Shown in pieces: positions 1 to 9,457 of a DNA stretch of 64,000 nt. The stretch comes from an uncultured delta proteobacterium (GTDB lineage Bacteria; Desulfobacterota; Syntrophia; Syntrophales; UBA5619). The position numbers and the translations under genes were made by a program. The stretch is taken from assembly GCA_963817385.1 (NCBI GenBank), contig CAWFOM010000010.1:160001-224000 (forward strand), written 5' to 3'. Position 1 is the stretch's first letter. Every line of letters begins with the position of its first letter. Under the pieces are notes generated by a model. That model was not told the origin of the DNA. It was given only the letters and a program-made list of their open reading frames with translations, and did not search any database.

Positions 1-692
1 TGGCCGACGCGGTTGGCGATGTGCGGTCCGATCGTCACGCGATTGTTGGCGCCTCGCGCGCTGCAGCGAGGCATGCCACCCCAGAAGCGCTGGATAAACG
101 AGGCATGCGATGACGCCTTCGCAAGCGCGGCGTCACATGCCCTGAGGATCGCACGCTCGTGCGGGTCGAGCTTGTCGACATCGACCGATAAGATCGGTGC
201 GGGCTCTGTACGCTCCCATGGCAATGGAGCGAGAGTGACGCCCGGGGGTGCATCGAGGAGCGCGTGTGCACCGCTCGCATGACAGATCGGTTTACCGTTT
301 GCGTGGATTATCGATGACGACAGCGACTGTTGCAGCGTTGCGCCCTCCGTGCGGCCGAGCAGATACGATGTGGCGTTGATATCCCCGGCGGCCGTCGCCC
401 CGGTGAATTGTAGCTGGAGATGGATGGTCCCCAACCGTGCTCCCGGCGCGGCCCCGGTCCGCGCAACGGCGGCGAGCATGTTGTCGGCAAGGATCCCCAG
501 CGCCACAATGTTCAGAGTCCCATTCGCATCGGTGCAGTGCGGCCCGATCTCCAGCGCCGCTCGCGCGGTGCCGCGGGCGACTTTCTGCCACTTGATTTCG
601 AGAAAATGACCGGGAAAATGCAGACCTGCAATGCGATTGCAGAAGATCGCACGGAGCACGCGTTCACGGATGGTCTGGTCGTTGGAATGCAT
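1..692 (-). CDS. PaaI-like (double hotdog-fold) thioesterase family protein, runs off the left edge
   Basis: Not in the ORF track because its stop lies outside the window. Manual translation of the minus strand from ATG 692 (alternative ATG 719) gives an unbroken frame MHSNDQTIRERVLRAIFCNRIAGLHFPGHFLEIKWQ...GPHCTDANGTLNIVALGILADNMLA...TIHLQLQFTG...VTIGPHIANRVG. Two hotdog-like N-x-x-G segments are present. Confidence 0.65.
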   Translation of the reverse strand, partial: MHSNDQTIRERVLRAIFCNRIAGLHFPGHFLEIKWQKVARGTARAALEIGPHCTDANGTLNIVALGILADNMLAAVARTGAAPGARLGTIHLQLQFTGATAAGDINATSYLLGRTEGATLQQSLSSSIIHANGKPICHASGAHALLDAPPGVTLAPLPWERTEPAPILSVDVDKLDPHERAILRACDAALAKASSHASFIQRFWGGMPRCSARGANNRVTIGPHIANRVG

Positions 693-796
693 TGCGGCCG
701 AATAATATCCGGGGATCATATAATTGCAGAAATCGTTTCACGCGGCGTGACGATACCGAACACAGACCGGCATGTCAAGAGGATTTATAAATCATC

Positions 797-2527
797 TTAG
801 GGAGCCAGGGAGGCCTCCCGCCATTTGCGCACGGAATTGATCAGGAAGATCTTTTCCGCCCGTCTTAGCGACGAAAGGCTCACCGTTTCTTCCGAGATCT
901 CACCGCGTTCCAGCAACTCCGCACGGTACGTGCCACTGAGCAGACCGCAGCCCACTGGTGGCGTTACCAGCCGGCCGTTGCGGAGGATCACCAGATTGGC
1001 GATGCACGATTCCGTCATCTCTCCCGCCTCATTATACAAGAGGACATCATCAGCATCCGGAAAAGACGCCCGGGCTATTTCGTAGATCTCCCGGCGGGTC
1101 GTCTTGTGAAAAAGAAAGCGATCCCGTGAATGGACAGGGTCTTTCGCGATACATACCCTGAGGAGGCGGCCGTCCGGAGGCTCAAGAGGCGTGGAGGAGC
1201 ATTCCACTGTTCCATCATGCGACAGCAGCAGGCGCATTCGGTACGCTCCCCGGGAGACCTGCGTTGCAGCGGTAAGCAAGACCTGACTGATACGCTGTGC
1301 ATCATACGGGTAATCGAAATACTGAGCCGATTCGTGCAGGCGGTCAAGGTGGCGCGACTCGAGGAAGTATCCCTCATCGGGTGTCCAGAGCAGTGTTTCC
1401 AGCAACCGGAAGGGATGGGGGAAAACGGGGTCCAGAATGATCTTCGCCTTGTTCAGACACTCCTCGTACTCCTCCCCGGCAGAGGAATCCCAGACGATGC
1501 CACCTCCGACACCGTATTCGGCCCGGTGGACGAGTTTATCGATCAGGATCGTGCGAATGGCCACGCTGAATCGGGAGCGACGGCCGGGACCGACAAAGCC
1601 AATCGCTCCGGTATAAATATTGCGCGGCGATGTCTCGAGTGAGGCGATGAGTTCCATGGTCTTGACCTTCGGGGCGCCGGTGATGGAGGCGCAGGGGAAA
1701 AGCGCCCGCAGAATATCGGGAAATGATGCCGCGGTTCTGGCTTTAACCGTAGAGGTCATCTGCCAGACCGTCGCATATTTTTCAATCTCATAGAGTCGGG
1801 GAACCCGGACGCTGCCTGTGCGAGCGATTCGACCGAGGTCATTGCGGACCATGTCGACGATCATAACGTTTTCCGCTCGGTTCTTTTCGGACATGTGCAG
1901 CCACCGGGCGTTTGCGCGGTCCTCGGCAAGGGTTCTTCCCCGGGGAGCAGTGCCTTTCATCGGTCTTGAGAAGATCTCCTGATTGTGCAGACAAAAGAAG
2001 AGCTCGGGCGAAGCGGAACAGAGGGAAAATGCTCTGGTGTCCACGAAGGCCGCATAGGGGGCGTCCACACAAGTCTTGAGAAAGAACCCCCAGGGGTCTT
2101 CCCGAAAGACGCTCCGCTGGCGGAGCGTGTAGTTGACCTGGTAGGTATCGCCGGCGGCGATGTGCTCTCGGATGCGGTCGATGGCGGCATCATACTCGTT
2201 CCGGGTGACTGACGGCTGCCAGGCGGCAGCGCCTGAGGATTGAGCCTCAGCGGCAGGAAGCGCCGCCAGGATGGTCGGGGAGCTGAAGAGGCCGAGACAG
2301 ACGAGGGGGAAAGCCGTTGCGGGATGGGTGTGGAAGACCGGATCAAAGGCGGGTGCCGTTTCGTACGAGATCCAGCCGGCGGCATAGAGTCCGTCGCGTT
2401 CGACACGCGTCTCCACTTCCGCAAGAAGCGGGATGACGTCCGGCAGATTCGCGGTCTGCAGGATGGCATGGGGGCAGGCGAATTGCAGCCAATGACCTTT
2501 TTCTGGGTCGTGAATAACCAGATTCAT
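797..2527 (-). CDS. pabB: Aminodeoxychorismate synthase component I fused to a class IV aminotransferase / ADC lyase domain (PabB-PabC fusion)
   Basis: Chorismate-binding motifs GDTYQVN, SASPELFF, PMKGT, KNRAENVMIVDMVRNDLG, FPCASITGAPK, GVGGGIVWDS, followed by a PabC-like C-terminus (LETL, HLDRL, FHKTT, ESCIANL, GLLSGTYR). Start taken as ATG 2527 (MNLVIHD), just after the upstream gene's stop. Confidence 0.9.
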   Translation of the reverse strand: MNLVIHDPEKGHWLQFACPHAILQTANLPDVIPLLAEVETRVERDGLYAAGWISYETAPAFDPVFHTHPATAFPLVCLGLFSSPTILAALPAAEAQSSGAAAWQPSVTRNEYDAAIDRIREHIAAGDTYQVNYTLRQRSVFREDPWGFFLKTCVDAPYAAFVDTRAFSLCSASPELFFCLHNQEIFSRPMKGTAPRGRTLAEDRANARWLHMSEKNRAENVMIVDMVRNDLGRIARTGSVRVPRLYEIEKYATVWQMTSTVKARTAASFPDILRALFPCASITGAPKVKTMELIASLETSPRNIYTGAIGFVGPGRRSRFSVAIRTILIDKLVHRAEYGVGGGIVWDSSAGEEYEECLNKAKIILDPVFPHPFRLLETLLWTPDEGYFLESRHLDRLHESAQYFDYPYDAQRISQVLLTAATQVSRGAYRMRLLLSHDGTVECSSTPLEPPDGRLLRVCIAKDPVHSRDRFLFHKTTRREIYEIARASFPDADDVLLYNEAGEMTESCIANLVILRNGRLVTPPVGCGLLSGTYRAELLERGEISEETVSLSSLRRAEKIFLINSVRKWREASLAP

Positions 2528-2532
2528 TTGCC

Positions 2533-3366
2533 CTACCAGTCGGGGCAATTCTTCCGATACACCTCGGAACGGCGCCAGTCCCGCAGGGTGCCGGGTTTCG
2601 TATTCCAGGGCATGGGCGGTCCGTAGAGATCCTTCTCCTGTCGGAGCCACCGAATGCGGTCGATGTCGCACTCGGCGATAAAGATTCCGAGTTTCGTCGA
2701 TTCGACAACAATCTCCTCGGGGCTGCAGATCATGGCAAGCCCCTGTTCGGCGCCGAAGATGTTCTGGCACGTAACCGTATAGGCGAGGTTCTCAATCGCC
2801 CGGGACCAGATGAGGTTCCGCCAAGTGGCCTGAAGTTCGTATTTACAGATGCCGGCGGGCAGAAAGATGATCTCCGCCCCCTTCAAAGCGAGGAGGCGGG
2901 ACAGCTCCGGGACATAGACCTCGCTGCAGATGAGGATTCCCACCGTGCCGAAGGGGGTTTCGAACACCGGTAGGTCGTCGGCCTCCTGGTAATCATAGTC
3001 CCAAAAACGGCCCCCTTTATAGATCCAGGGGCCCTTGGGAATTGTTCGATTGTACCTTCCTACCGAACCGTCCGGCCCCACAAGGATCTGTGACGTATAC
3101 CCTCTCCCGGGGTTTCCGGGAACGGGACAGTTGGCTCCGGCAACGACATAGACGTCATGCTTCTTCGCCATCTCCTGAAGCGGCTCAACGGGGGAATAAC
3201 TCAGGGGCGCCTTCCAGGGCCCCGGATAGGTCTCGGGAAAGCAGATGAACTTTGCGCCCAGATCGGCCGCCTCCGCTACGTATTCACGAGCCTTCTCGAT
3301 ATTCCTCGTCTGCTCATCGGCCTCCAGAAACGTCTTCGTTTGAATTGCCGCTACGCTGAACTTCAT
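2533..3366 (-). CDS. Carbon-nitrogen hydrolase (nitrilase superfamily)
   Basis: FPE motif, ILICSE nucleophile Cys, LALKGAEIIFLP, WSRAIEN; RBS GGAGA upstream. Confidence 0.88.
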   Translation of the reverse strand: MKFSVAAIQTKTFLEADEQTRNIEKAREYVAEAADLGAKFICFPETYPGPWKAPLSYSPVEPLQEMAKKHDVYVVAGANCPVPGNPGRGYTSQILVGPDGSVGRYNRTIPKGPWIYKGGRFWDYDYQEADDLPVFETPFGTVGILICSEVYVPELSRLLALKGAEIIFLPAGICKYELQATWRNLIWSRAIENLAYTVTCQNIFGAEQGLAMICSPEEIVVESTKLGIFIAECDIDRIRWLRQEKDLYGPPMPWNTKPGTLRDWRRSEVYRKNCPDW

Positions 3367-3439
3367 TGATATCGTCTCCGCGTACCCTTGTCCGCACCCG
3401 ATTCATGCCGCTGATTCTTTAGCATCCATCGTCGGGGGA

Positions 3440-3468
3440 AGTATATGGACAGGGGGTATGTGTGTCAA
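3440..3468 (-). promoter_or_regulatory. sigma70 promoter for the nitrilase-pabBC transcript
   Basis: On the minus strand TTGACA - 17 bp - TATACT. Confidence 0.75.
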
Positions 3469-3500
3469 GGGAATTGAGCCGCTAAAAGAAAAAATATCCC

Positions 3501-3529
3501 TTGACACACCACCCACCCCTTCTTATAGT
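3501..3529 (+). promoter_or_regulatory. sigma70 promoter for the ABC transporter operon
   Basis: TTGACA (3501-3506) - 17 bp - TATAGT (3524-3529), about 60 bp upstream of the ATG. Confidence 0.78.
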
Positions 3530-3588
3530 CGACTGATATCAGCGGAGTTTCTTGTTGAAAAAGATAACAGACAGGGAGGAAAGGAACG

Positions 3589-4830
3589 ATGAAGAAAAAA
3601 TGGTTGACAGCTGTTTTGGCTGCGGTGGTGTGTCTCTTCGTTTTCAACCCCTTACCCGTGTGGTCAGCAGAGAAAGGCCCCATCAAGATCGGCTTGCTTG
3701 CCCCCCTTTCGGGTGGATTTGCCGCCCAGGGCAAGGATATGCTGGCGGCTTTTCAACAGTACCTCGAAGAGATCAATTATCAGGCGGCCGGTCGAAAGAT
3801 CGAACTCCTTGTAGAGGACGACGAGGCAAATCCGGCAACAGGGCTCACGAAGTCAAGAAAGTTGGTGGAGAAGGATGGGGTCCATATCATGACCGGCGGC
3901 ATGATGGCCTCCACCGCCTATGCACTCGCACCCTACATCGACTCCAAAGAGATCCCCATGACCTACCCCATTATGTCCGCGGATGACATCACGCAGAGAA
4001 AAATACCCAAATGGATTGTCCGTACGGGGTGGTCGAGCAGTCAACCGCATCAGCCCTTCGGAGAGTATGCATACAATACGCTCAAATACCGGAAGGTCTC
4101 GATTGTTGCGTATGACTTTGCATTCGGATGGGAGTGCGTAGGGGGGTTCCATAAGACCTTTGAAGATGCCGGCGGAAAGATCCTGCAAAAGATATGGGTC
4201 CCGCTGACTGCCCAGGACATGAGCCCCTATCTCTCACAGATTTCGAAGGATGCCGACGCGGTCTTCGCCGTGTTCTCCGGCCGCTTGACGCTGCAGTTTG
4301 TCAAACAGTACAAGGAATTCGGACTCAAGGACAAGATCCCGTTGATCGGCGGCGGAACGCTGACCGATGAGCACGCCCTCCCCTCCATGGGCGATGAGGC
4401 AATCGGAATCATCACTCCTCTCATCTACAGCGAGGTCCTCGACAACGCGGCCAACAAAAAATTTGTCAAGGGATTCCGCGCGAAGGCCAAAAAGGCAGCT
4501 TCCTACTACTCCGAGGGAACTTACACCGGGGCACGGTGGATTGTGGAAGCCATCAAAGCCGTCAAGGGCGATGTGGAAGACAGGCCGAAGCTCCTGGCAG
4601 CCCTCAAGCAGGTCGAGCTGAAAGACGTCCCCCGGGGACCGATGAAACTTGACTTCTATGGGAATCCGATTCAGAATATCTATGTCCGCAAAGTTGAAAG
4701 AGTGGGCGGGGAGCTGCGGAACACAGTGATTCATACCTATCCGAATGTCTCCCAGTTCTGGACGTACAAACCCGAAGAGTTCCTGAAGCAGCCGGTATAT
4801 TCGCGCGAATATCCCCCCGTGAAACCCTGA
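3589..4830 (+). CDS. LIV-family (HAAT) ABC transporter substrate-binding protein, resembling aromatic-acid-binding members
   Basis: Signal peptide, PIKIGLLAPLSG, KIELLVEDDE, YDFAFGWE, GPMKLDFYGNPIQNIY. Confidence 0.9.
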   Translation: MKKKWLTAVLAAVVCLFVFNPLPVWSAEKGPIKIGLLAPLSGGFAAQGKDMLAAFQQYLEEINYQAAGRKIELLVEDDEANPATGLTKSRKLVEKDGVHIMTGGMMASTAYALAPYIDSKEIPMTYPIMSADDITQRKIPKWIVRTGWSSSQPHQPFGEYAYNTLKYRKVSIVAYDFAFGWECVGGFHKTFEDAGGKILQKIWVPLTAQDMSPYLSQISKDADAVFAVFSGRLTLQFVKQYKEFGLKDKIPLIGGGTLTDEHALPSMGDEAIGIITPLIYSEVLDNAANKKFVKGFRAKAKKAASYYSEGTYTGARWIVEAIKAVKGDVEDRPKLLAALKQVELKDVPRGPMKLDFYGNPIQNIYVRKVERVGGELRNTVIHTYPNVSQFWTYKPEEFLKQPVYSREYPPVKP

Positions 4831-4884
4831 CCGGCTGATGAACCCATCATGGCGCCGCCCCGTACGATAAGGAGATTATTCTGT

Positions 4885-5000
4885 AAATTTACCGCAGGGG
4901 CGGAACACTGAAGCGCTTTCTGGGTACGACCTGAAAATGCCGTGATTTCACTCGTGCGGGGGAAGCACTTTTTCGCGCACCCCTGCAAGGGGTGAAATTT
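4885..5000. repeat. Imperfect palindromic REP-like element between binding-protein and permease genes
   Basis: AAATTTACCGCAGGGGCGGAA ... TTCGCGCACCCCTGCAAGGGGTGAAATTT; the ends GCAGGGG/CCCCTGC and AAATTT/AAATTT pair. Confidence 0.45.
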
Positions 5001-5061
5001 GCGGGGCGTGTTGAGGTGAGTGCCGTCATCACGGAAACGGCCAATGCCAGGAGGAATCATT

Positions 5062-5919
5062 TTGGGCGATTTTTTATTGGTCCAGACGCTCAACGGGCTT
5101 TCTTTCGCGGCCCTTCTTTTTTTGCTTTCCAGCGGACTCTCTCTGATCTACGGGGTGATGAAGATCGTCAACATCGCCCATGGATCATTTTTCATGGTGG
5201 GGGCATATGTCGGGCTGTCGGTAATTTTAAAGACGAATAACTTCTTTCTGGGCGCCGTGGCGGGAGGACTGGCCGTGGGGGTGCTCGGTTTCATCATGGA
5301 GCGCGGTTTCCTGAGGAGATTTCCTCTCCAGGCCCTTCCGCAAATGATGATCACCCTGGGGTTTGCCCTGCTTTTCCGCGATCTCTCCCTCCTGATCTGG
5401 GGAGGGGATCCCTACATCCTCCCTTGTCCTGAATACCTGAAGGGGTCCGTAAAGATAGTTCACGTCGTTTTTCCCGTTTACCGTATTTTCATTTTTTGCG
5501 TGGCGACGGTGGTTGCCACCGCCTTGTGGCTCTTCAATGAGAAAACCCTGGTCGGGGCGAAACTTCGGGCGGCGGTGGATGATCATGAGATGGCAGGGGG
5601 CGTGGGTCTGAACGTTCCGATGATTTCGGGGTGCATGTTTGGGCTGGGCGCCTTCCTAGCCGGCTTCGGAGGGGTCATGGGAGGTCCCATCTTCGGGGTT
5701 TATCCGGGACTCGATTTCGAACTTCTCTCGCTAGGTTTTGTGGTGGTTATCGTCGGGGGAAGGGGAAGTCTCCTCGGTTCTGCCGTGGGAAGCGTCCTGG
5801 TGGGGCTCGTGGACAACTTCGGCAAGGCCCTGATTCCGGAACTCTCCTATTTCACGTTGTTCGCCCCCATGGCGCTGGTGGTTGCGCTCAAACCTACCGG
5901 ACTCTTCGGAAAAGAGTGA
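5062..5919 (+). CDS. livH: LIV-family ABC transporter permease (LivH-like)
   Basis: QTLNGL, GLSLIYGVMKIVNIAHG, VVIVGGRGS, KPTGLFG; TTG start at 5062 behind AGGAGG. Confidence 0.9.
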   Translation: MGDFLLVQTLNGLSFAALLFLLSSGLSLIYGVMKIVNIAHGSFFMVGAYVGLSVILKTNNFFLGAVAGGLAVGVLGFIMERGFLRRFPLQALPQMMITLGFALLFRDLSLLIWGGDPYILPCPEYLKGSVKIVHVVFPVYRIFIFCVATVVATALWLFNEKTLVGAKLRAAVDDHEMAGGVGLNVPMISGCMFGLGAFLAGFGGVMGGPIFGVYPGLDFELLSLGFVVVIVGGRGSLLGSAVGSVLVGLVDNFGKALIPELSYFTLFAPMALVVALKPTGLFGKE

Positions 5920-5923
5920 AGAC

Positions 5924-6920
5924 ATGAAAGATCTCTTCCGTTCTAAAACGAACATCATCGGCTTGACTCTGGCAGTCCTGGTCCTGCTGGTCATGCCGCC
6001 TTTTTATGCCTCCTACTGGGTCACGCTCCTGACGCAGATGCTGATCTTCGCCATCCTGGCCATGAGTCTGGATATCCTCCTGGGTTACACGGGGTTGTCA
6101 TCTTTCGGGCATGCGGGTTTTTTCGGAGTGGCCGGCTATGCGGTGGCAATCCTCTCCACCCGATACAAGATGGGATTCCTCTTCTGTTTCATCAGCGGCA
6201 TCTCCCTGTCCGTTTTGATCAGCATGATTTTCGGCTTCCTGGTCGCCCACGCTGACCGGGGTCTATTTCCTGATCATCACCCTGGCCCTGGGGATGGTCC
6301 TCTGGGGGCTTGCCTTCCGCTGGGTCACGATGACCGGCGGCGACAACGGGATTTCGGGAATCGTCAGGCCGGATATCGGCCTTCCGATCGCCTTGAAAGA
6401 CCCGCTTACCTTCTATTATTGCATTTTTGCTTTCTTTCTCATCGCTCTGGTCATGATGGCCATCCTCGTCCGGTCCCCGTTCGGTCACAGCCTCAAGGGT
6501 GTCCGGGAGAGCGAATCCCGGATGCGGGTCCTGGGGTATCATTCCTGGCTTCATAAGTACCTGTCATATGTCGTATCGGCTGCATTCGCCGGCTTTGCGG
6601 GCGTATTCTGGGCCTATTTCAACGGCTTCATCAGCCCCTTTGACATGGACCTGAACGCATCGATCGAAATCGTGCTGATGGTCATCCTTGGCGGACCGGG
6701 GACCCTGATCGGCCCCGCCCTGGGGGCCGGGATCATCGTATTTCTCAAGAATTTCATCAGCGCCTATACCCAGCGCTGGCTGCTCATCCTGGGCACCATT
6801 TATATTCTCACGATCCTCTACGCCCCGCAGGGCCTCATCAATCTTCTCAGGGATTGGCTCAAGGGGCGACAGAATAAAGCATGCGTAAAGAAGGTGTCAG
6901 ACGAGCAGACAGAGCCATAA
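5924..6920 (+). CDS. livM: LIV-family ABC transporter permease (LivM-like), split by a frameshift near 6255
   Basis: N-half (SLDILLGYTGLSSFGHAGFFG) and C-half (TGGDNGISG, SPFG, MVILGGPGTLIGP) are in different frames; removing one base restores TGVYFLIITLA. Confidence 0.85.
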
Positions 6921-7062
6921 CCACAGTTTTCGTTTCTCCGGTTCCCCGCCGGGGTTGGCAGGGGAGGGATAGCAACTGGGGGCGATGCAAGGACGGTTGG
7001 GAAAGATATTTGGGGAAAAGCGGCGTCTGAACGGCAGCCGAGGAAAGGATCGAAGGAAGTAT

Positions 7063-7839
7063 ATGGGGTCAACGGAAAGAGGGGAGAAGAAGGGATCTGA
7101 TCCGTGCCTGGTCCTCAAAGACCTCTCCATCGATTTTGGGGGGTTGCGGGCCGTCGATGGAGTCAATTTGACCATCGAGCAGGGGGAGAGACGCGTCCTG
7201 ATGGGGCCCAACGGCGCCGGGAAAACGACGCTCTTCAATCTCATCAGTGGTATCTATCCGCCGAGCAGGGGGCGGATCTTCTATTTCGGAAAGGAGATCA
7301 GCAGATACCCCATCTACCGCCGGGCCGCCCTGGGAATAGCCAGGACGTATCAGGTCACCAATCTGTTCCGCTGCCTGACCGTGACGGAAAACATCCTGAT
7401 GGCGTGCCAGGCCCTGGACCGGAGGAAGTTCGTCATGTTCCGTACGCTCTCCTCCTACCAGTGCCATATGGATCACTGCGACGATGTCTTGCACGAATTC
7501 GATCTATGGGAGAAGCGCAATGAACTGGTGAAGAATCTCTCCCATGGAGATCAGCGGCGGATCGAGGTGGCCATGGCCCTCGCCGAAAAACCCCGCCTTC
7601 TGCTTCTCGACGAACCGGCGGCGGGGCTCTCTTCCGCGGAAACTCAGGACCTGACCATGTTACTCAAGAAGCTCGATCCTTCGATCACGATCGTCCTGAT
7701 AGAACACGATCTCGATGTCGCCTTCGAATTTGCCGAGCGGATCACCGTTTTATACCAGGGGCAATTTCTGACCGAGGGCACAAAGGAGGAGATCAGAAAT
7801 AACGCAACCGTGCATGAGATCTATTTGGGTGCGGAGTGA
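7063..7839 (+). CDS. livG: LIV-family ABC transporter ATP-binding protein (LivG-like)
   Basis: FGGLRAVD, Walker A GPNGAGKT, LSHG signature, LLLLDEP, IEHD. Confidence 0.9.
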   Translation: MGSTERGEKKGSDPCLVLKDLSIDFGGLRAVDGVNLTIEQGERRVLMGPNGAGKTTLFNLISGIYPPSRGRIFYFGKEISRYPIYRRAALGIARTYQVTNLFRCLTVTENILMACQALDRRKFVMFRTLSSYQCHMDHCDDVLHEFDLWEKRNELVKNLSHGDQRRIEVAMALAEKPRLLLLDEPAAGLSSAETQDLTMLLKKLDPSITIVLIEHDLDVAFEFAERITVLYQGQFLTEGTKEEIRNNATVHEIYLGAE

Positions 7840-7843
7840 TAGC

Positions 7844-8539
7844 ATGCTCAAGATAGTCGACATTCATACCTATTACGGCGACAGCTATGTGATCCAGGGG
7901 GTGAGCCTGGAGGTGGCGAAAGGCACGGTTGTAGCCCTCTTGGGGCGCAATGGAGTGGGGAAAACCACGCTTATTCGATCCATTGTCGGTTTTACCCCGG
8001 CGAGGAGGGGTGCGATTCTCTTCAACGGCCAGGACATCACCCGCATGGATTCGTATAAAATCATCAAACTGGGGATGGGCCTCGTGCCTCAGGGCAGGCG
8101 CATCTTTCCCTCCCTGACGGTGAAGGAAAACCTTGCCATCGCCGAGCGTTGCTCCGGTGTACAGCGCTGGGATTTTGCGAATATCTATTCCCTTTTCCCC
8201 CGTCTCGAGGAACGCTGCGATCAGAGGGCCAATACCCTCAGCGGAGGAGAGCAGCAGATGCTGGCGATTGCACGAGCCCTGATCTCAAACCCTCTTTTTC
8301 TCCTCATGGACGAGCCCACGGAGGGGTTGGCGCCCGTTCTGGTACGCGAAGTGGGCGATGCCATACTGCGGCTGAAAGAAGAGGGGTTGTCAATTTTCCT
8401 GGTTGAACAAAACCTTTCTTTTGCCAGGAAGTTTGCAGACTGCCTCCATCTCATGAGCAAGGGGGTGATCGTGTATTCATCGACGCCGGAGCAGCTTTGG
8501 GAGGACCAGGAAGCAAAGCATCGTTATTTGGGGGTGTGA
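7844..8539 (+). CDS. livF: LIV-family ABC transporter ATP-binding protein (LivF-like)
   Basis: GRNGVGKT, VPQGRRIF, LSGGEQQMLAIARAL, MDEP, LVEQN. Confidence 0.92.
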   Translation: MLKIVDIHTYYGDSYVIQGVSLEVAKGTVVALLGRNGVGKTTLIRSIVGFTPARRGAILFNGQDITRMDSYKIIKLGMGLVPQGRRIFPSLTVKENLAIAERCSGVQRWDFANIYSLFPRLEERCDQRANTLSGGEQQMLAIARALISNPLFLLMDEPTEGLAPVLVREVGDAILRLKEEGLSIFLVEQNLSFARKFADCLHLMSKGVIVYSSTPEQLWEDQEAKHRYLGV

Positions 8540-8590
8540 CGGTTTCGGAATAACACCTTTTTCCGGAGAAGGGATCAAAGGAGGATACTT

Positions 8591-9352
8591 ATGCTGGATT
8601 TGTTTTCTTTACAGGGGAAAGTTGCCCTCGTCACGGGCGCCGCGCAGGGGATCGGCAGGGAAATAGCCCTTGGTTTTGCCCAATATGGCGCGGATGTCGT
8701 GGCGATCGATCTCACGGATGAGAAATTGCTGACGCTCAAAGACGAAATTGAGGCCCACAAGCGGCGCTGCCTGGTTCTTACCATCGACTTGGTCCATGGC
8801 GACCAGATAGACTCTATGGTCGAAACAACGGTTAACGAGATGGGCAGGATCGATATCCTGGCCAACATTGCCGGGGTGAACGTGCACAAAGCCGCTGAAG
8901 AGATGACCGAGAAGGACTGGGATTTTGTCCTGGATATCAACCTGAAGGCGCTGTTTTTCTGTTGCCAGGCGGTGGGCAAGGTTATGCTGCGGCAGGGCGG
9001 CGGTCGAATCATCAACATGAGTTCCTCCTTTGGAGTCGTCGGATTCGGCGGAAGAACTGCGTACGCCGCGAGCAAGGCCGCCGTTTCAAATCTGACCAAG
9101 ACACTGGCTCTTGAATGGTCCGCCAAAGGGATCAATGTCAATGCTATTGCGCCCGGTCCCGTCTGGACGGAGGCCCGTCATCAATTATTCTCCAATCCCG
9201 AGTTTTACACCAATCTCTTGAAAAAAGTGCCGATCAACAGGACGGCCAAGCCCGTCGAGATTGTCGGACCGGCGATTTTTTTGGCCAGCGAAGCCTCCAG
9301 TTTCGTAACGGGTGAGACCATCCTGGTTGACGGCGGATTCTGCGCACAGTAA
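8591..9352 (+). CDS. Classical SDR oxidoreductase
   Basis: TGAAQGIG, NIAG, NMSS, YAASK, NAIAPG, VDGG. Confidence 0.92.
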   Translation: MLDLFSLQGKVALVTGAAQGIGREIALGFAQYGADVVAIDLTDEKLLTLKDEIEAHKRRCLVLTIDLVHGDQIDSMVETTVNEMGRIDILANIAGVNVHKAAEEMTEKDWDFVLDINLKALFFCCQAVGKVMLRQGGGRIINMSSSFGVVGFGGRTAYAASKAAVSNLTKTLALEWSAKGINVNAIAPGPVWTEARHQLFSNPEFYTNLLKKVPINRTAKPVEIVGPAIFLASEASSFVTGETILVDGGFCAQ

Positions 9353-9457
9353 TATATAAACGACGCACTTCTTTCCCGAAACACCGCGTTAAAGGCATAA
9401 CTAGCAGATACCGTTCAGTGGCAGCCATAAACGTTTGATGGTGTGGTAAAGGTGGTT

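Noticed and set aside
2528..2770. N-terminal 81-aa extension of the PabB ORF in the track
   Set aside because: Overlaps the nitrilase gene; the ATG at 2527 just after its stop is more plausible.
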